Origin: Terriglobales bacterium
Lineage (GTDB): Bacteria; Acidobacteriota; Terriglobia; Terriglobales; Acidobacteriaceae
Reading direction: 5' to 3'
NCBI GenBank assembly: GCA_035569025.1
Contig: DATMNN010000098.1
Coordinates: 11,644 to 75,643 of the forward strand
Length of the DNA stretch: 64,000 bases
Shown: in pieces, positions 25,447 to 34,331 of the stretch
How the letters are laid out: every line of letters begins with the position of its first letter
How positions within the stretch are numbered: the stretch's first letter is position 1
Notes under the pieces: model-generated
The model's database searches: none
What the model was told of the DNA's origin: nothing
What the model saw: the letters and a program-made list of their open reading frames with translations, nothing else
Translations under genes and position numbers: made by a program

Positions 25447-26343
25447 CTACTGCATCAACCGCCACGCGCTCCAGGCCCACACCACCGGCACTGCGAACAG
25501 CATGGCGTCGATGCGGTCGAGCATGCCGCCGTGGCCGGGGAGGATGGCTCCTGAGTCTTTGACTCCGGCGCCGCGCTTGATCAGCGATTCGACGAGGTCT
25601 CCGAGTTGGGCTGCGACGTTCACGATTGCTGAAAGAACTACGATCACACCGAGGCCCGGCTGTTGCAGTCCGAACATGCCGTCGCGGCGCTCGATGAGTC
25701 CCGCTTGCAGGAGCCAGGTGCTGATCGCGGCGCCATGCTGAAACCACAGAGTCCCGATCACCACGCTGGCCACGACCGAGGCGACCGCGCCTTCCCAGGT
25801 CTTCTTTGGACTGATCTCGGGCGACATGCGGTGCCGCCCGATTGCCTTCCCTACGAAGTACGCGAAAATGTCTCCTGACCACACCGCCAGCAATGTGTAG
25901 ATGACCAGGATTGCGCCGGCTGGTTGCTGTCGAATTTGCACGAGTAGCGCCATCGGAATCGCAATGTAGGCGAACGCGAACGAAGACGCGGCAGCTGCGG
26001 GGTATCCATTGGCGAGATTGGTATTCCGCATGGCAAGCGTGAGGAATACAAATGGCGCTAGCGCGGCCGCCAGGGCTAATCCATAGATCATCGAGGTCGT
26101 TTCGACCAGCGGAACACGATTGGCAGCGGCGGCAATCATGAATAGAAAAAACAGAACGACGTACCCGGACGTCACTCTCGCCATGGGGTGGACGCCATAA
26201 TGTGATGCCAGCATGAGAAACTCGGCAATCGCCAGGAGCGCTACGCCGCCGGACACAATCGCCATCACATACAAGGGAGCCTTGAGTACGAGGAGAAGGA
26301 CAACCGGAATGAGGACGACTGCCGTCGCCACGCGCTTGATCAA
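25447..26343 (-). CDS. cdsA: Phosphatidate cytidylyltransferase
   Basis: The C-terminal signature SLIKRGAGVKDSGAILPGHGGMLDRIDA is present, with a multi-TM profile. Confidence 0.9.
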   Translation of the reverse strand: MIKRVATAVVLIPVVLLLVLKAPLYVMAIVSGGVALLAIAEFLMLASHYGVHPMARVTSGYVVLFFLFMIAAAANRVPLVETTSMIYGLALAAALAPFVFLTLAMRNTNLANGYPAAAASSFAFAYIAIPMALLVQIRQQPAGAILVIYTLLAVWSGDIFAYFVGKAIGRHRMSPEISPKKTWEGAVASVVASVVIGTLWFQHGAAISTWLLQAGLIERRDGMFGLQQPGLGVIVVLSAIVNVAAQLGDLVESLIKRGAGVKDSGAILPGHGGMLDRIDAMLFAVPVVWAWSAWRLMQ

Positions 26344-27167
26344 CGCTTCGCCTCGGCCTGGTTGCGGAGGGGGGCATGCTCATGTTCTTTATCCTTGCCG
26401 AGCCCGCCGTAACGCCGTTCGCGCTTCTGGAATTCTTCAATTCCCTCCAGAAGCTGGACTCCGCGGAAATCCGGCCAAAGCGTCTGGGTCACGTAAATTT
26501 CCGCATACGCAAGTTGCCACAGAAGGAAATTGCTGAGCCGCATCTCGCCGCTGGTGCGGACGACCAGATCGGGATCGGGCAGGCCGCGCGTGTAGAGATG
26601 CTCGCTGATGAGTTGCTCATCAACTTTGAGATGCTCGAGTCCTCCGTTTCGCGACGCGGCTTCGGCCATCGAACGGAACGCATCCACGATCTCGCTGCGG
26701 GCAGAGTAGTTCAGAGCTAGCGTCAGCACCATGCCGCTGTTCTTGCTCGTGGCGTGGCGCGCGTATTCCATTTCTTCCTGCACGGATTCCGGCAGTTCGT
26801 GCTGGCGGCCGATGTATTCCAGCCGGATATTATTTTCGTTGAGCGTCTTAATCTCAGCCTTGAGGAAGCGGCAGAGCAGGCGCATCAGGAAATCAACTTC
26901 CGAGCGCGGACGCTTCTTCCAGTTTTCTTCCGAAAACGCATAGAGAGTCAGCGCGGGAATGCCGATGCGGGCCGCGGTCTCGACGGTTGAACGCACGGCG
27001 CCGACTCCGGCACGGTGTCCGGCCACGCGCGGCATGTGACGACGCCGCGCCCAGCGCCCGTTTCCGTCCATGATGATCGCGATATGCCTGGGGAGACGCG
27101 CCGGATCAAGCCGCTGGTAAGCTTCTGCTTCCTTGCGGTCCATTCCAGCCGGAACTGTGTGTCGCAA
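26340..27167 (-). CDS. uppS: Di-trans,poly-cis-undecaprenyl-diphosphate synthase
   Basis: HIAIIMDGNGRWA…AGHRAG…LTLYAFSEENWKRP…RTSGEMRLSNFLLWQ. It overlaps cdsA by 4 nt. Confidence 0.9.
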   Translation of the reverse strand: MRHTVPAGMDRKEAEAYQRLDPARLPRHIAIIMDGNGRWARRRHMPRVAGHRAGVGAVRSTVETAARIGIPALTLYAFSEENWKKRPRSEVDFLMRLLCRFLKAEIKTLNENNIRLEYIGRQHELPESVQEEMEYARHATSKNSGMVLTLALNYSARSEIVDAFRSMAEAASRNGGLEHLKVDEQLISEHLYTRGLPDPDLVVRTSGEMRLSNFLLWQLAYAEIYVTQTLWPDFRGVQLLEGIEEFQKRERRYGGLGKDKEHEHAPLRNQAEAKR

Positions 27168-27305
27168 GCTGACCTCTGCAAGTCGAAGTTAACACGCAGG
27201 TTGCGGTGCATGCAATGCTGACGTGATTCCTGAAACGGCACCCATCGCGATCCAAAGCAACCTCCACCGCAGAGACGCAGAGAAATACTTTTCCCGAGGC
27301 GGGGC

Positions 27306-29513
27306 TCATGCCGCTGGGCGGGAAGTTGCGTGTAACTGTCGGCTGAGTACATCGGCGTCGAAGGCGGGTGCCTGACAACTGAAGCCGGAACATACCACGG
27401 CAAACGAACGGCCCTCGCGCAGAGCGGGCACGGTCGGAATTGTTTCCGCGAGTGCGGGCGGGAGATTTTCAGATATGGCCGCCTCCGGGGAAATCCGCAC
27501 CACTGCTTTGTTGAACGACAATCCGCCAAGGGCAGATTGAACAAGACGGTCCGCGATTTCGTCTTGTCCGACCACCACCACCTGCGTGTGCGGCTGCGTG
27601 GCGTGTCCAACGGCCAGCGCGTAGGTCGCGGCAAACATGCCGTATTTTTCCGCGCCGGTGGCAAATACTCCCAGAGTCCTCTCCGCCTTTTCGCGATAGG
27701 AGGGTTCGTTAGTGTAGGCATGCAAACGGAGCAACGCAATCGCCGCCGCCGGATTGCCCGCCGGTGTGGGCGAATCCTGAAACGGCTTGCGCCGCGTGCC
27801 CAGAATGCCAAGCGCTGCGGGCTCAGAACTTCCGGGTTCCGCGCGGGCGGTGTCGAAAAAGCCTCCGGAGTCAGAATCGAAGAAGAGCTCTACCATGGAG
27901 TCGGCGATCGACCGGGCGAAATTGAAGTAGCTCAAATCGGCGGTCGCCTCATAAGCGTCCACGCAGGCAATCACCGTGAAGGCGTAGTCATCGAGGACAC
28001 CGGGAGCTTTGCGAGGTTCAGCTACGGGATCGGAATACGCGATCACATGCGCAAGTGCAGGTGTGGTTGCAGGTCGGACACTCTTGTCCGACGCCGTTGC
28101 AGTTGAATTTGACGTTCTACCTGTCCCACCACTCCAGCCCTCTGCGAGTATTCGGTCCAGAGAACGCAGCGCGAAGCGCAGGGCCTCTGGAATTGCAAGC
28201 ACCCGGGCCGCCTTCAGGTAGGCCGAAATGCACATCGCGTTCCATCCCACGTAGAGAGTCTTGTCAACATAGGGCGTCGGCCGCAGTAGCCGGGCTGCAT
28301 ATAGTTTCTTCTTGGCGGTTGCGAGCAACTCGCGGACTCGCGCTTCCGGAAGGCTCAACCGGCGCTCAATCTCCTCGACGGACGCGCGCACGTAGAGTAC
28401 GTTCTTCGCCGGATTGTGATGCATCTCGCCGACTTCGTTGAGGTCATAATGCAATGCCGCAACGGGCATCTCCTCCCGGCTCAGAACCGCTTTGGCTTCG
28501 TCGACAGTCCAGGTGAAGTAGTCGCCATCGTCGTCCATGGAGTAGTCCGCATCCTGCGACGCGTAGAAGCCGCCATGCTCGCGGTCGCTGAGCCATTCGT
28601 CCATCCAGCGGATCATGTCGCGCGCGACTTCGGCAAAAAATTCATTCCCGGTAGACTGCCAGGCATGGACATAATTCTTGAGCAGCTCCGAGTTGTCGTA
28701 CGACATCTTTTCGAAATGCGGCACGACCCAGCGCTCGTCGACCGAGTAGCGATGGAATCCGCCGGCGAGCTGGTCATACACACCGCCGCGCGCCATTTTC
28801 TCCAGAGTGGTCACGATTACGTCGCGCACCGCGTCGCTGTCCGTGCGGGCCTGGTAGTCAATCATCAGATCGAGCGTTGAAGGGTGCGGAAATTTCGGCG
28901 CGTTGCCAAATCCGCCGTTTCGCTCGTCGAACATTTTGACTGCGGACTCGACAATTGCTTCGACAATCTTTGGAGAAACTTCGCCGCTGCGTCCGGAAAA
29001 CGACTCCGCCTGCGAGATGGCATTGGTGACCATGTTCGCCTGTTCGACGACGTCACCGTTCTTCTCGCGATACGCCTGCGCAATCGAAAGCAGCACTCGC
29101 TTGAAGCTTGGGCGGCCGTATTGGTCCTGAGGAGGGAAGTAGGTCCCGCCGTAGAACGGCTTGCCGTCTGGCGTGAGAAACCCGGTAAGCGGCCAGCCAC
29201 CTTGTCCGCTGAGCGAACTGACAGCAACCTGGTAGCGTGCGTCGATATCGGGACGCTCGTCGCGATCCACTTTCACCGCAATGTAATTCTCGTTGACGAT
29301 CTTCGCAACCTCGGGATCGTCATAAGACTCGCGGTCCATCACATGACACCAGTGGCACCATACCGCTCCGATGTCCAGCAGGATGGGTTTGTTATCCCGC
29401 TTCGCCGCTGCGAAAGCTTCCTCTCCCCACTCATGCCACTGAATCGGCTGATGCATCGCGGAGCGCAGGTAGGAGGACGATGCGCGGGAGAGTGCGTTGA
29501 GGGAGGGGGTCAT
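27306..29513 (-). CDS. Thioredoxin-domain protein of the DUF255/YyaL (SPATA20-like) family with an (alpha/alpha)6 C-terminal domain
   Basis: The N-terminus reads HQPIQWHEWGEEAFAAAKRDNKPILLDIGAVWCHWCHVMDRESY. ATG at 29513 is chosen as the start. Confidence 0.85.
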   Translation of the reverse strand: MTPSLNALSRASSSYLRSAMHQPIQWHEWGEEAFAAAKRDNKPILLDIGAVWCHWCHVMDRESYDDPEVAKIVNENYIAVKVDRDERPDIDARYQVAVSSLSGQGGWPLTGFLTPDGKPFYGGTYFPPQDQYGRPSFKRVLLSIAQAYREKNGDVVEQANMVTNAISQAESFSGRSGEVSPKIVEAIVESAVKMFDERNGGFGNAPKFPHPSTLDLMIDYQARTDSDAVRDVIVTTLEKMARGGVYDQLAGGFHRYSVDERWVVPHFEKMSYDNSELLKNYVHAWQSTGNEFFAEVARDMIRWMDEWLSDREHGGFYASQDADYSMDDDGDYFTWTVDEAKAVLSREEMPVAALHYDLNEVGEMHHNPAKNVLYVRASVEEIERRLSLPEARVRELLATAKKKLYAARLLRPTPYVDKTLYVGWNAMCISAYLKAARVLAIPEALRFALRSLDRILAEGWSGGTGRTSNSTATASDKSVRPATTPALAHVIAYSDPVAEPRKAPGVLDDYAFTVIACVDAYEATADLSYFNFARSIADSMVELFFDSDSGGFFDTARAEPGSSEPAALGILGTRRKPFQDSPTPAGNPAAAIALLRLHAYTNEPSYREKAERTLGVFATGAEKYGMFAATYALAVGHATQPHTQVVVVGQDEIADRLVQSALGGLSFNKAVVRISPEAAISENLPPALAETIPTVPALREGRSFAVVCSGFSCQAPAFDADVLSRQLHATSRPAA

Positions 29514-29547
29514 TGGGTAAGGATACAGTTTGTCGGCGACGCACGCG

Positions 29548-29970
29548 CTACGGAACCAGGGGATTCGCAACCCGAACTGTGCCATAGCGTTGTCCTGCTC
29601 CCAAGTCTTCAGAATAGAGAATGGCTGCGCCGGAGCTTTCTGCGGCTTGCAGTACTAGGGCGTCCCAGTAGGAAATCTTATAGCGCACTTCAAGGTCCAA
29701 TGCCTCGATTACCGACTGTGGAGTGTTGATCACGATCTCCCAGCTTAAGTAGTCCTGTACCAGTCGCCGAATATCGCCAGCGGGCAGCGGACGGGCCACT
29801 TTTCGGCGCAGGTTGACGCAGAGTTCCTGTAAGACTTGGGTGCTCAGCACGGCTTCGCCTGTGTGCCAAAGTTGCGCGATCAGTTGGTTGGCGCGGTCAT
29901 GTTTGACACCGGCGGAGGGATCGTGCGCATAAATCAGGATATTGGTGTCGACGAAGTATTTATCGGCCAT
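29548..29970 (-). CDS. vapC: PIN-domain toxin VapC
   Basis: The YFVDTNILIYA acidic-residue motif is present, and the size and position downstream of an RHH antitoxin fit. Confidence 0.85.
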   Translation of the reverse strand: MADKYFVDTNILIYAHDPSAGVKHDRANQLIAQLWHTGEAVLSTQVLQELCVNLRRKVARPLPAGDIRRLVQDYLSWEIVINTPQSVIEALDLEVRYKISYWDALVLQAAESSGAAILYSEDLGAGQRYGTVRVANPLVP

Positions 29971-29987
29971 GCGGAGTCGATTCCGAG

Positions 29988-30233
29988 TCAGCGTTCGTGA
30001 AGCTCATCGCGAGACCCGGGACGTGTCCACTCGATGTCGAGGCCGCGCTCAAGCCGGGCTAAAGCACGTCTGCGCGCCTGATCGTAGGACTTGCGCTGGA
30101 GCACAATTTCTTCGAGCCGGGCGGCGAGCATGGCACTAATAGAAGTGCCCTGTTCGGCAGCCAGAATCCGAACCTTGCGAAGGAGGGCCGCGTCGAGTTT
30201 GAGGGTGATGTTCGTCTTCACGATAGCACGCAA
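29988..30233 (-). CDS. vapB: RHH-type antitoxin VapB-like
   Basis: TNITLKLDAALLRKVRILAAEQGTSISAMLAARLEEIV. The start is TTG at 30233 or, more likely, GTG at 30221. It lies 17 nt upstream of vapC. Confidence 0.7.
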   Translation of the reverse strand: MRAIVKTNITLKLDAALLRKVRILAAEQGTSISAMLAARLEEIVLQRKSYDQARRRALARLERGLDIEWTRPGSRDELHER

Positions 30234-30273
30234 ACACGTGCAGCACTATATTACGTGCGATCGGAGAGGTGTG

Positions 30274-31278
30274 TCAACGCTGGCTTTTGAGCAAGTGCCG
30301 CGTCATCGCGGCGTACAACTCCACAGACTGGCTTAACTGTTTCTTTTCTACATATTCGCCCTCGGTATGCGCGACGTGAATCGACCCCGGCCCGAGCAGC
30401 AGCGGTTCGCCCCAGGCAGGCAGAGATGGGATGTCGGTGGTGAAGGCAGCGACCATGGTCGGCAGACCATCGAGCGTGCGGAGGCGCATGAACGGAGTCT
30501 CGCGGGTGAAATTCGCTTCAACGAGAGAGCCGACAGTTTCCGTAACCTGGCGGCGCAAGTCTTCGGCGGGGCCCACAAGACGGTAGAAAAGGTCGGCGGT
30601 GGCAAGGTCGGAGATTACGTTGGGTGCCCGTCCGCCATGGATGGAGCCTACGTTTTTCGTGCAGGGGCCGACGTCGGGATTCTCGGGCAGCTTCATCGCG
30701 TGCAGTCGATGCAGGGCCTCTACTAATTTATCGATTGCCGATTCACCCAGCTCCGGATATGCCGAATGGGCCATCTTCCCGCGGGCGATGAGTTCCACGT
30801 GCAGGGCGCCTTTGGTGGCGATGGCTAGCCGGTTGTCGGTGGGCTCACCGTTAATCATGAACTTTGCGCCGATGGGATGCTGGTTCGCCACCTTGGCGCC
30901 GATGGAGTCGCGCTCTTCGCCGACCAGGAAGAGGAGCCCGACGTGAATGTTTTCGGCGCGTAATTTTTCGGCGGCAGAAATCTGCGCGGCGATGATGCTT
31001 TTTGCATCGCAGGCGCCGCGTCCGTAGATTTTCGTGTCGTCTTCGCGCGAAGCGATAAAGGGCGGGACCGTATCCATGTGGGTCGAGAGAACGACCTCGG
31101 GGCGCGGATGCCCGGGCGAGGTTGCGACGACGTTGGCGCGCGCGCCTTCGACCTGCATGCGGTTGACTTCGAAACCCCGTTGCCGTAGTTCGTCACAAAG
31201 AAAATTGCCGACTGGTCCTTCGTTGGGCGTGGTCGACTCGATGTCCACGAGCCGGCGCGTGAGGGCGAACAGATCCAT
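30274..31278 (-). CDS. M20-family metallopeptidase (ArgE/DapE-like deacylase)
   Basis: LSTHMDTVPP…GRGACDAKS…FLVGEERDSIGA are the M20 metal-ligand blocks. Confidence 0.85.
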   Translation of the reverse strand: MDLFALTRRLVDIESTTPNEGPVGNFLCDELRQRGFEVNRMQVEGARANVVATSPGHPRPEVVLSTHMDTVPPFIASREDDTKIYGRGACDAKSIIAAQISAAEKLRAENIHVGLLFLVGEERDSIGAKVANQHPIGAKFMINGEPTDNRLAIATKGALHVELIARGKMAHSAYPELGESAIDKLVEALHRLHAMKLPENPDVGPCTKNVGSIHGGRAPNVISDLATADLFYRLVGPAEDLRRQVTETVGSLVEANFTRETPFMRLRTLDGLPTMVAAFTTDIPSLPAWGEPLLLGPGSIHVAHTEGEYVEKKQLSQSVELYAAMTRHLLKSQR

Positions 31279-31397
31279 GGCAAGAGCGTAGCAGCCGCTG
31301 GTGGTTGATCGCTAGTCGTTGCTGGCTGGTCGCCGGCGGACGAGTCTGCAATACTAACGACCAGCAATTGACGATCAGACTGACGGCCAACGACTTG

Positions 31398-32069
31398 ATG
31401 CACGCCCAATCCAACAGCATCCGATCGCTCTTTCTCGACGGTCCTGCCGGACGCCTTGAAGCGCTGCTCAATGCCGGCGCGCCGGATGCAACCCACGTCG
31501 CGGTGGTTTGTCATCCTCACCCTGTTTATGGCGGGACGCTGCACAACAAGGTTGTGTTTCACAGTATGAAAGCGCTCCATCATTTCGGATTTCCCGTGCT
31601 GCGTTTCAACTTCCGCGGCACGGGACTGAGCGAAGGCGAGCATGCGCATGGCGTGGGCGAGCTTGAAGACGTACGAACTGCGCTGGATTGGATGGAACGC
31701 GAGTACTCGCTGCCGATCGTGTTTGCCGGATTCTCGTTCGGAGCTGCGGTTGGTTTACGCGCAGCGTGTCCGGACCCGCGAGTCACCGCACTGATTGGCC
31801 TGGGCCTGCCCGCGACCCCAGTGGACGATCGGGTTTATGACTTCGAATTCCTGCGCTCGTGTACCAAACCGAAACTATTTGTCAGCGGATCGCGCGACCA
31901 GTTCGGGCCCGCCGGAAAACTCGAAGCGCTGGTCGACACGTTTGCCGAGCCCAGGAAACTGGTGCGCATCGAGGCCGGAGATCACTTCTTCGAAGGACGA
32001 CTGAAGGAAATGCGAGACACGATCGAAGCCTGGGTGCGCGAATTTCTCGCGAAGCAGGTGCGTCACTGA
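31398..32069 (+). CDS. Alpha/beta hydrolase (COG2945-like)
   Basis: CHPHPVYGGTLHNKVV…FNFRGTGLSEG…GFSFGA nucleophile elbow…GDHFF. Confidence 0.75.
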   Translation: MHAQSNSIRSLFLDGPAGRLEALLNAGAPDATHVAVVCHPHPVYGGTLHNKVVFHSMKALHHFGFPVLRFNFRGTGLSEGEHAHGVGELEDVRTALDWMEREYSLPIVFAGFSFGAAVGLRAACPDPRVTALIGLGLPATPVDDRVYDFEFLRSCTKPKLFVSGSRDQFGPAGKLEALVDTFAEPRKLVRIEAGDHFFEGRLKEMRDTIEAWVREFLAKQVRH

Positions 32070-32118
32070 GTCCGAATCGGACGGTCGCACGGAAATCAAC
32101 GCTACTATAATTCCCGAC

Positions 32119-33447
32119 ATGACGGAGATCACTCCCGAACGACAACAGCAGTTCCGTCATATGCGTGAAACGGCGCGCACGATCTTCGCCGCTGCGCTCA
32201 AGAACGCTTCCATTGAAAATGCATTCGAGCGCCACGTGAGCTGCTCACGCGGCGTGTTGCGCATCGGCGAAGACCTGCACGATCTCGATGCCTACTCCCG
32301 AATCCTGGTGGTCTCAATAGGAAAAGCCGCACACACCATGGTCGCGGCGCTGGAATCTCAAGTGGGAAACCGGCTGGAGGGCATCGTCGCTTCGTCGGTT
32401 CAGCCTATGAACCAGGTCCGCGGCTTCCGATATTTTCAAGGCGGACATCCAACGCCGACCCAGGAATCGATTCAGGCAGCCAAAGCCATCTTGAAATCTC
32501 TCGATTCTCTCAACGCGGCGGCGCTGGTCATCTTCATGATTTCCGGCGGGGGCTCGTCGATCGTCGAGAAGCCCATGGACGACGAACTTTTGCTGCCCGA
32601 TCTGATCGCAACCTATCGCACGCTCGTTCACTGCGGCGCACCCATCGCGGACATCAACGCGATTCGCAAGCATCTCTCGGCCGTGAAAGGGGGACGACTG
32701 GCGCAGGCAGGGTATCCTGCGCAACAGGTTTCGATCCTCGTTTCTGATGTTCCTGACGCCACGCCCGACGCGCTCGCCTCCGGACCAACGATGCCGGATT
32801 CGACCTCAGTCGAGGACTGCGCACGCATCGTCGCGAAGTACAAACTCATCGACCAGTTTCCGACGTCCGTAGCAGACCTGTTCCATCAACACGTGATCGA
32901 GGAGACGCCGAAGTCCGACGATCCTGCTTTCGTGCGCGCGCGCTGGTGGACGGTACTCTCCAATCGAGTCGCGGTGGAGGAGGCAACTCTGGCTGCCACG
33001 CAGGCTGGTTTCGCCGTCGAGGTTGATAACTCGTGCGATGACTGGGACTATGAGAAGGCGGCCGACTACCTGCTCGATCGAGTCCGCGAACTGCGCAGTT
33101 CGGTTTCGAAGGTGTGCCTGATATCGGGTGGGGAAGTGACCGTCAACGTGCGGAACGGCGGCACGGGTGGACGAAATCAGCAGTTCGCTTTGGCGTGCGC
33201 GGAAAAGATTGCCGGCGAAGATATCACTGTCCTGAGCGCGGGTACCGATGGTGTGGACGGCAACAGTCCGGCGGCCGGTGCCGTGATCGACGGATCGACC
33301 CTCGCGCGCGCCGGCGGACCCGCAAGTGTCCGTACGGCGCTGACCCGTTTTGATGCCTACCCTTTGTTTGATGCCTTGGGAGACGTGGTTGTGACCGGCC
33401 CTACGGGCAATAATTTGCGTGACTTACGAATCCTGTTGGCATCCTAG
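32119..33447 (+). CDS. Glycerate 2-kinase / hydroxypyruvate reductase-like (DUF4147 plus MOFRL)
   Basis: GKAAHTM…GGHPTPT…ISGGGSS…ISGGEVTV…GGRNQQFAL…AGTDGVDG…TGPTGNNLRDL. Confidence 0.85.
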   Translation: MTEITPERQQQFRHMRETARTIFAAALKNASIENAFERHVSCSRGVLRIGEDLHDLDAYSRILVVSIGKAAHTMVAALESQVGNRLEGIVASSVQPMNQVRGFRYFQGGHPTPTQESIQAAKAILKSLDSLNAAALVIFMISGGGSSIVEKPMDDELLLPDLIATYRTLVHCGAPIADINAIRKHLSAVKGGRLAQAGYPAQQVSILVSDVPDATPDALASGPTMPDSTSVEDCARIVAKYKLIDQFPTSVADLFHQHVIEETPKSDDPAFVRARWWTVLSNRVAVEEATLAATQAGFAVEVDNSCDDWDYEKAADYLLDRVRELRSSVSKVCLISGGEVTVNVRNGGTGGRNQQFALACAEKIAGEDITVLSAGTDGVDGNSPAAGAVIDGSTLARAGGPASVRTALTRFDAYPLFDALGDVVVTGPTGNNLRDLRILLAS

Positions 33448-33574
33448 CGCCTCTGCTCTGGCGTTCGTGGGATCAGCGCCGCAGGTTCCAGGACTAAGGT
33501 CACAACAGCACCAGGCCCACCGTCCGCATCCAACTTTGTATCGCGAAGCCCGTTTTACGGAGGTTGTGCGCCAC

Positions 33575-34177
33575 ATGAAATTCGCTTCCGCACGTACCCT
33601 GTTTTTCGCCGTGATGCTCTGTACGCTCTGCGCTCTTGCTTCCGCCCAACAACAGATTGATATCGCTTTCGGCATCAACACGCTGACTGCGCCTTCCGCG
33701 AACGAGGCCACCGGGAGCCATTTCCCACAGTCGCTGACGGGAGGCGTGTACCCCAGCTTCAGCGGCGATATCTTGTTTTACAAGCAACTCGGATTTCAGG
33801 GGGAGTTCGCGTGGAAGGCGTCGCGCGGAATCTGGCAGGGAGTGCAACCTTACCGTCCGATGTTCTACGACTTCAACGCGATCTACGCGCCCAAACTCGC
33901 CGATCGGGCCGCCATGGAATTTCTGGCCGGAATCGGTTCCGAGGCGACGCGCTACTACCAGCCTTTTCAGACCTGCGATTTTTACACTTGCAAGAATTAC
34001 GTCACCATCAACCACTTTATGGGACACTTCGGAGTCGGATTGAAGATGTATCCAACAAGAAACTTCTTCATTCGGCCGGAAGCGCACCTTTATTTGGTCC
34101 ACGACAACCAGGAATTCAGCTCGGGGCGCGCAGTGCGTTACGGCCTCTCGATCGGATATACGTTTGGCGGGCGCTGA
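33575..34177 (+). CDS. Outer-membrane beta-barrel protein
   Basis: ATG follows ACGGAGG. Signal peptide MKFASARTLFFAVMLCTLCALASAQ is present, with an alternating aromatic strand pattern. Confidence 0.7.
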   Translation: MKFASARTLFFAVMLCTLCALASAQQQIDIAFGINTLTAPSANEATGSHFPQSLTGGVYPSFSGDILFYKQLGFQGEFAWKASRGIWQGVQPYRPMFYDFNAIYAPKLADRAAMEFLAGIGSEATRYYQPFQTCDFYTCKNYVTINHFMGHFGVGLKMYPTRNFFIRPEAHLYLVHDNQEFSSGRAVRYGLSIGYTFGGR

Positions 34178-34331
34178 AAACGGCCCACGCTGATGTAAAC
34201 CCACTGTTAAATTTTATCCACAGTTGTGCAAACGATTGGCCATCTTATTCATGCCAATTTCATATTGCGTTAACCAAGGCTTGCGGGGGCTTCCCATATA
34301 ACCAGCGCATCCCACCGTGGAGGTGAGTGCG

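Noticed and set aside
25361-26440. 359-aa minus-strand ORF overlapping cdsA in another frame
   Set aside because: The cdsA frame carries the family signature. The alternative frame is Arg/Ser/Pro-rich with no pattern.
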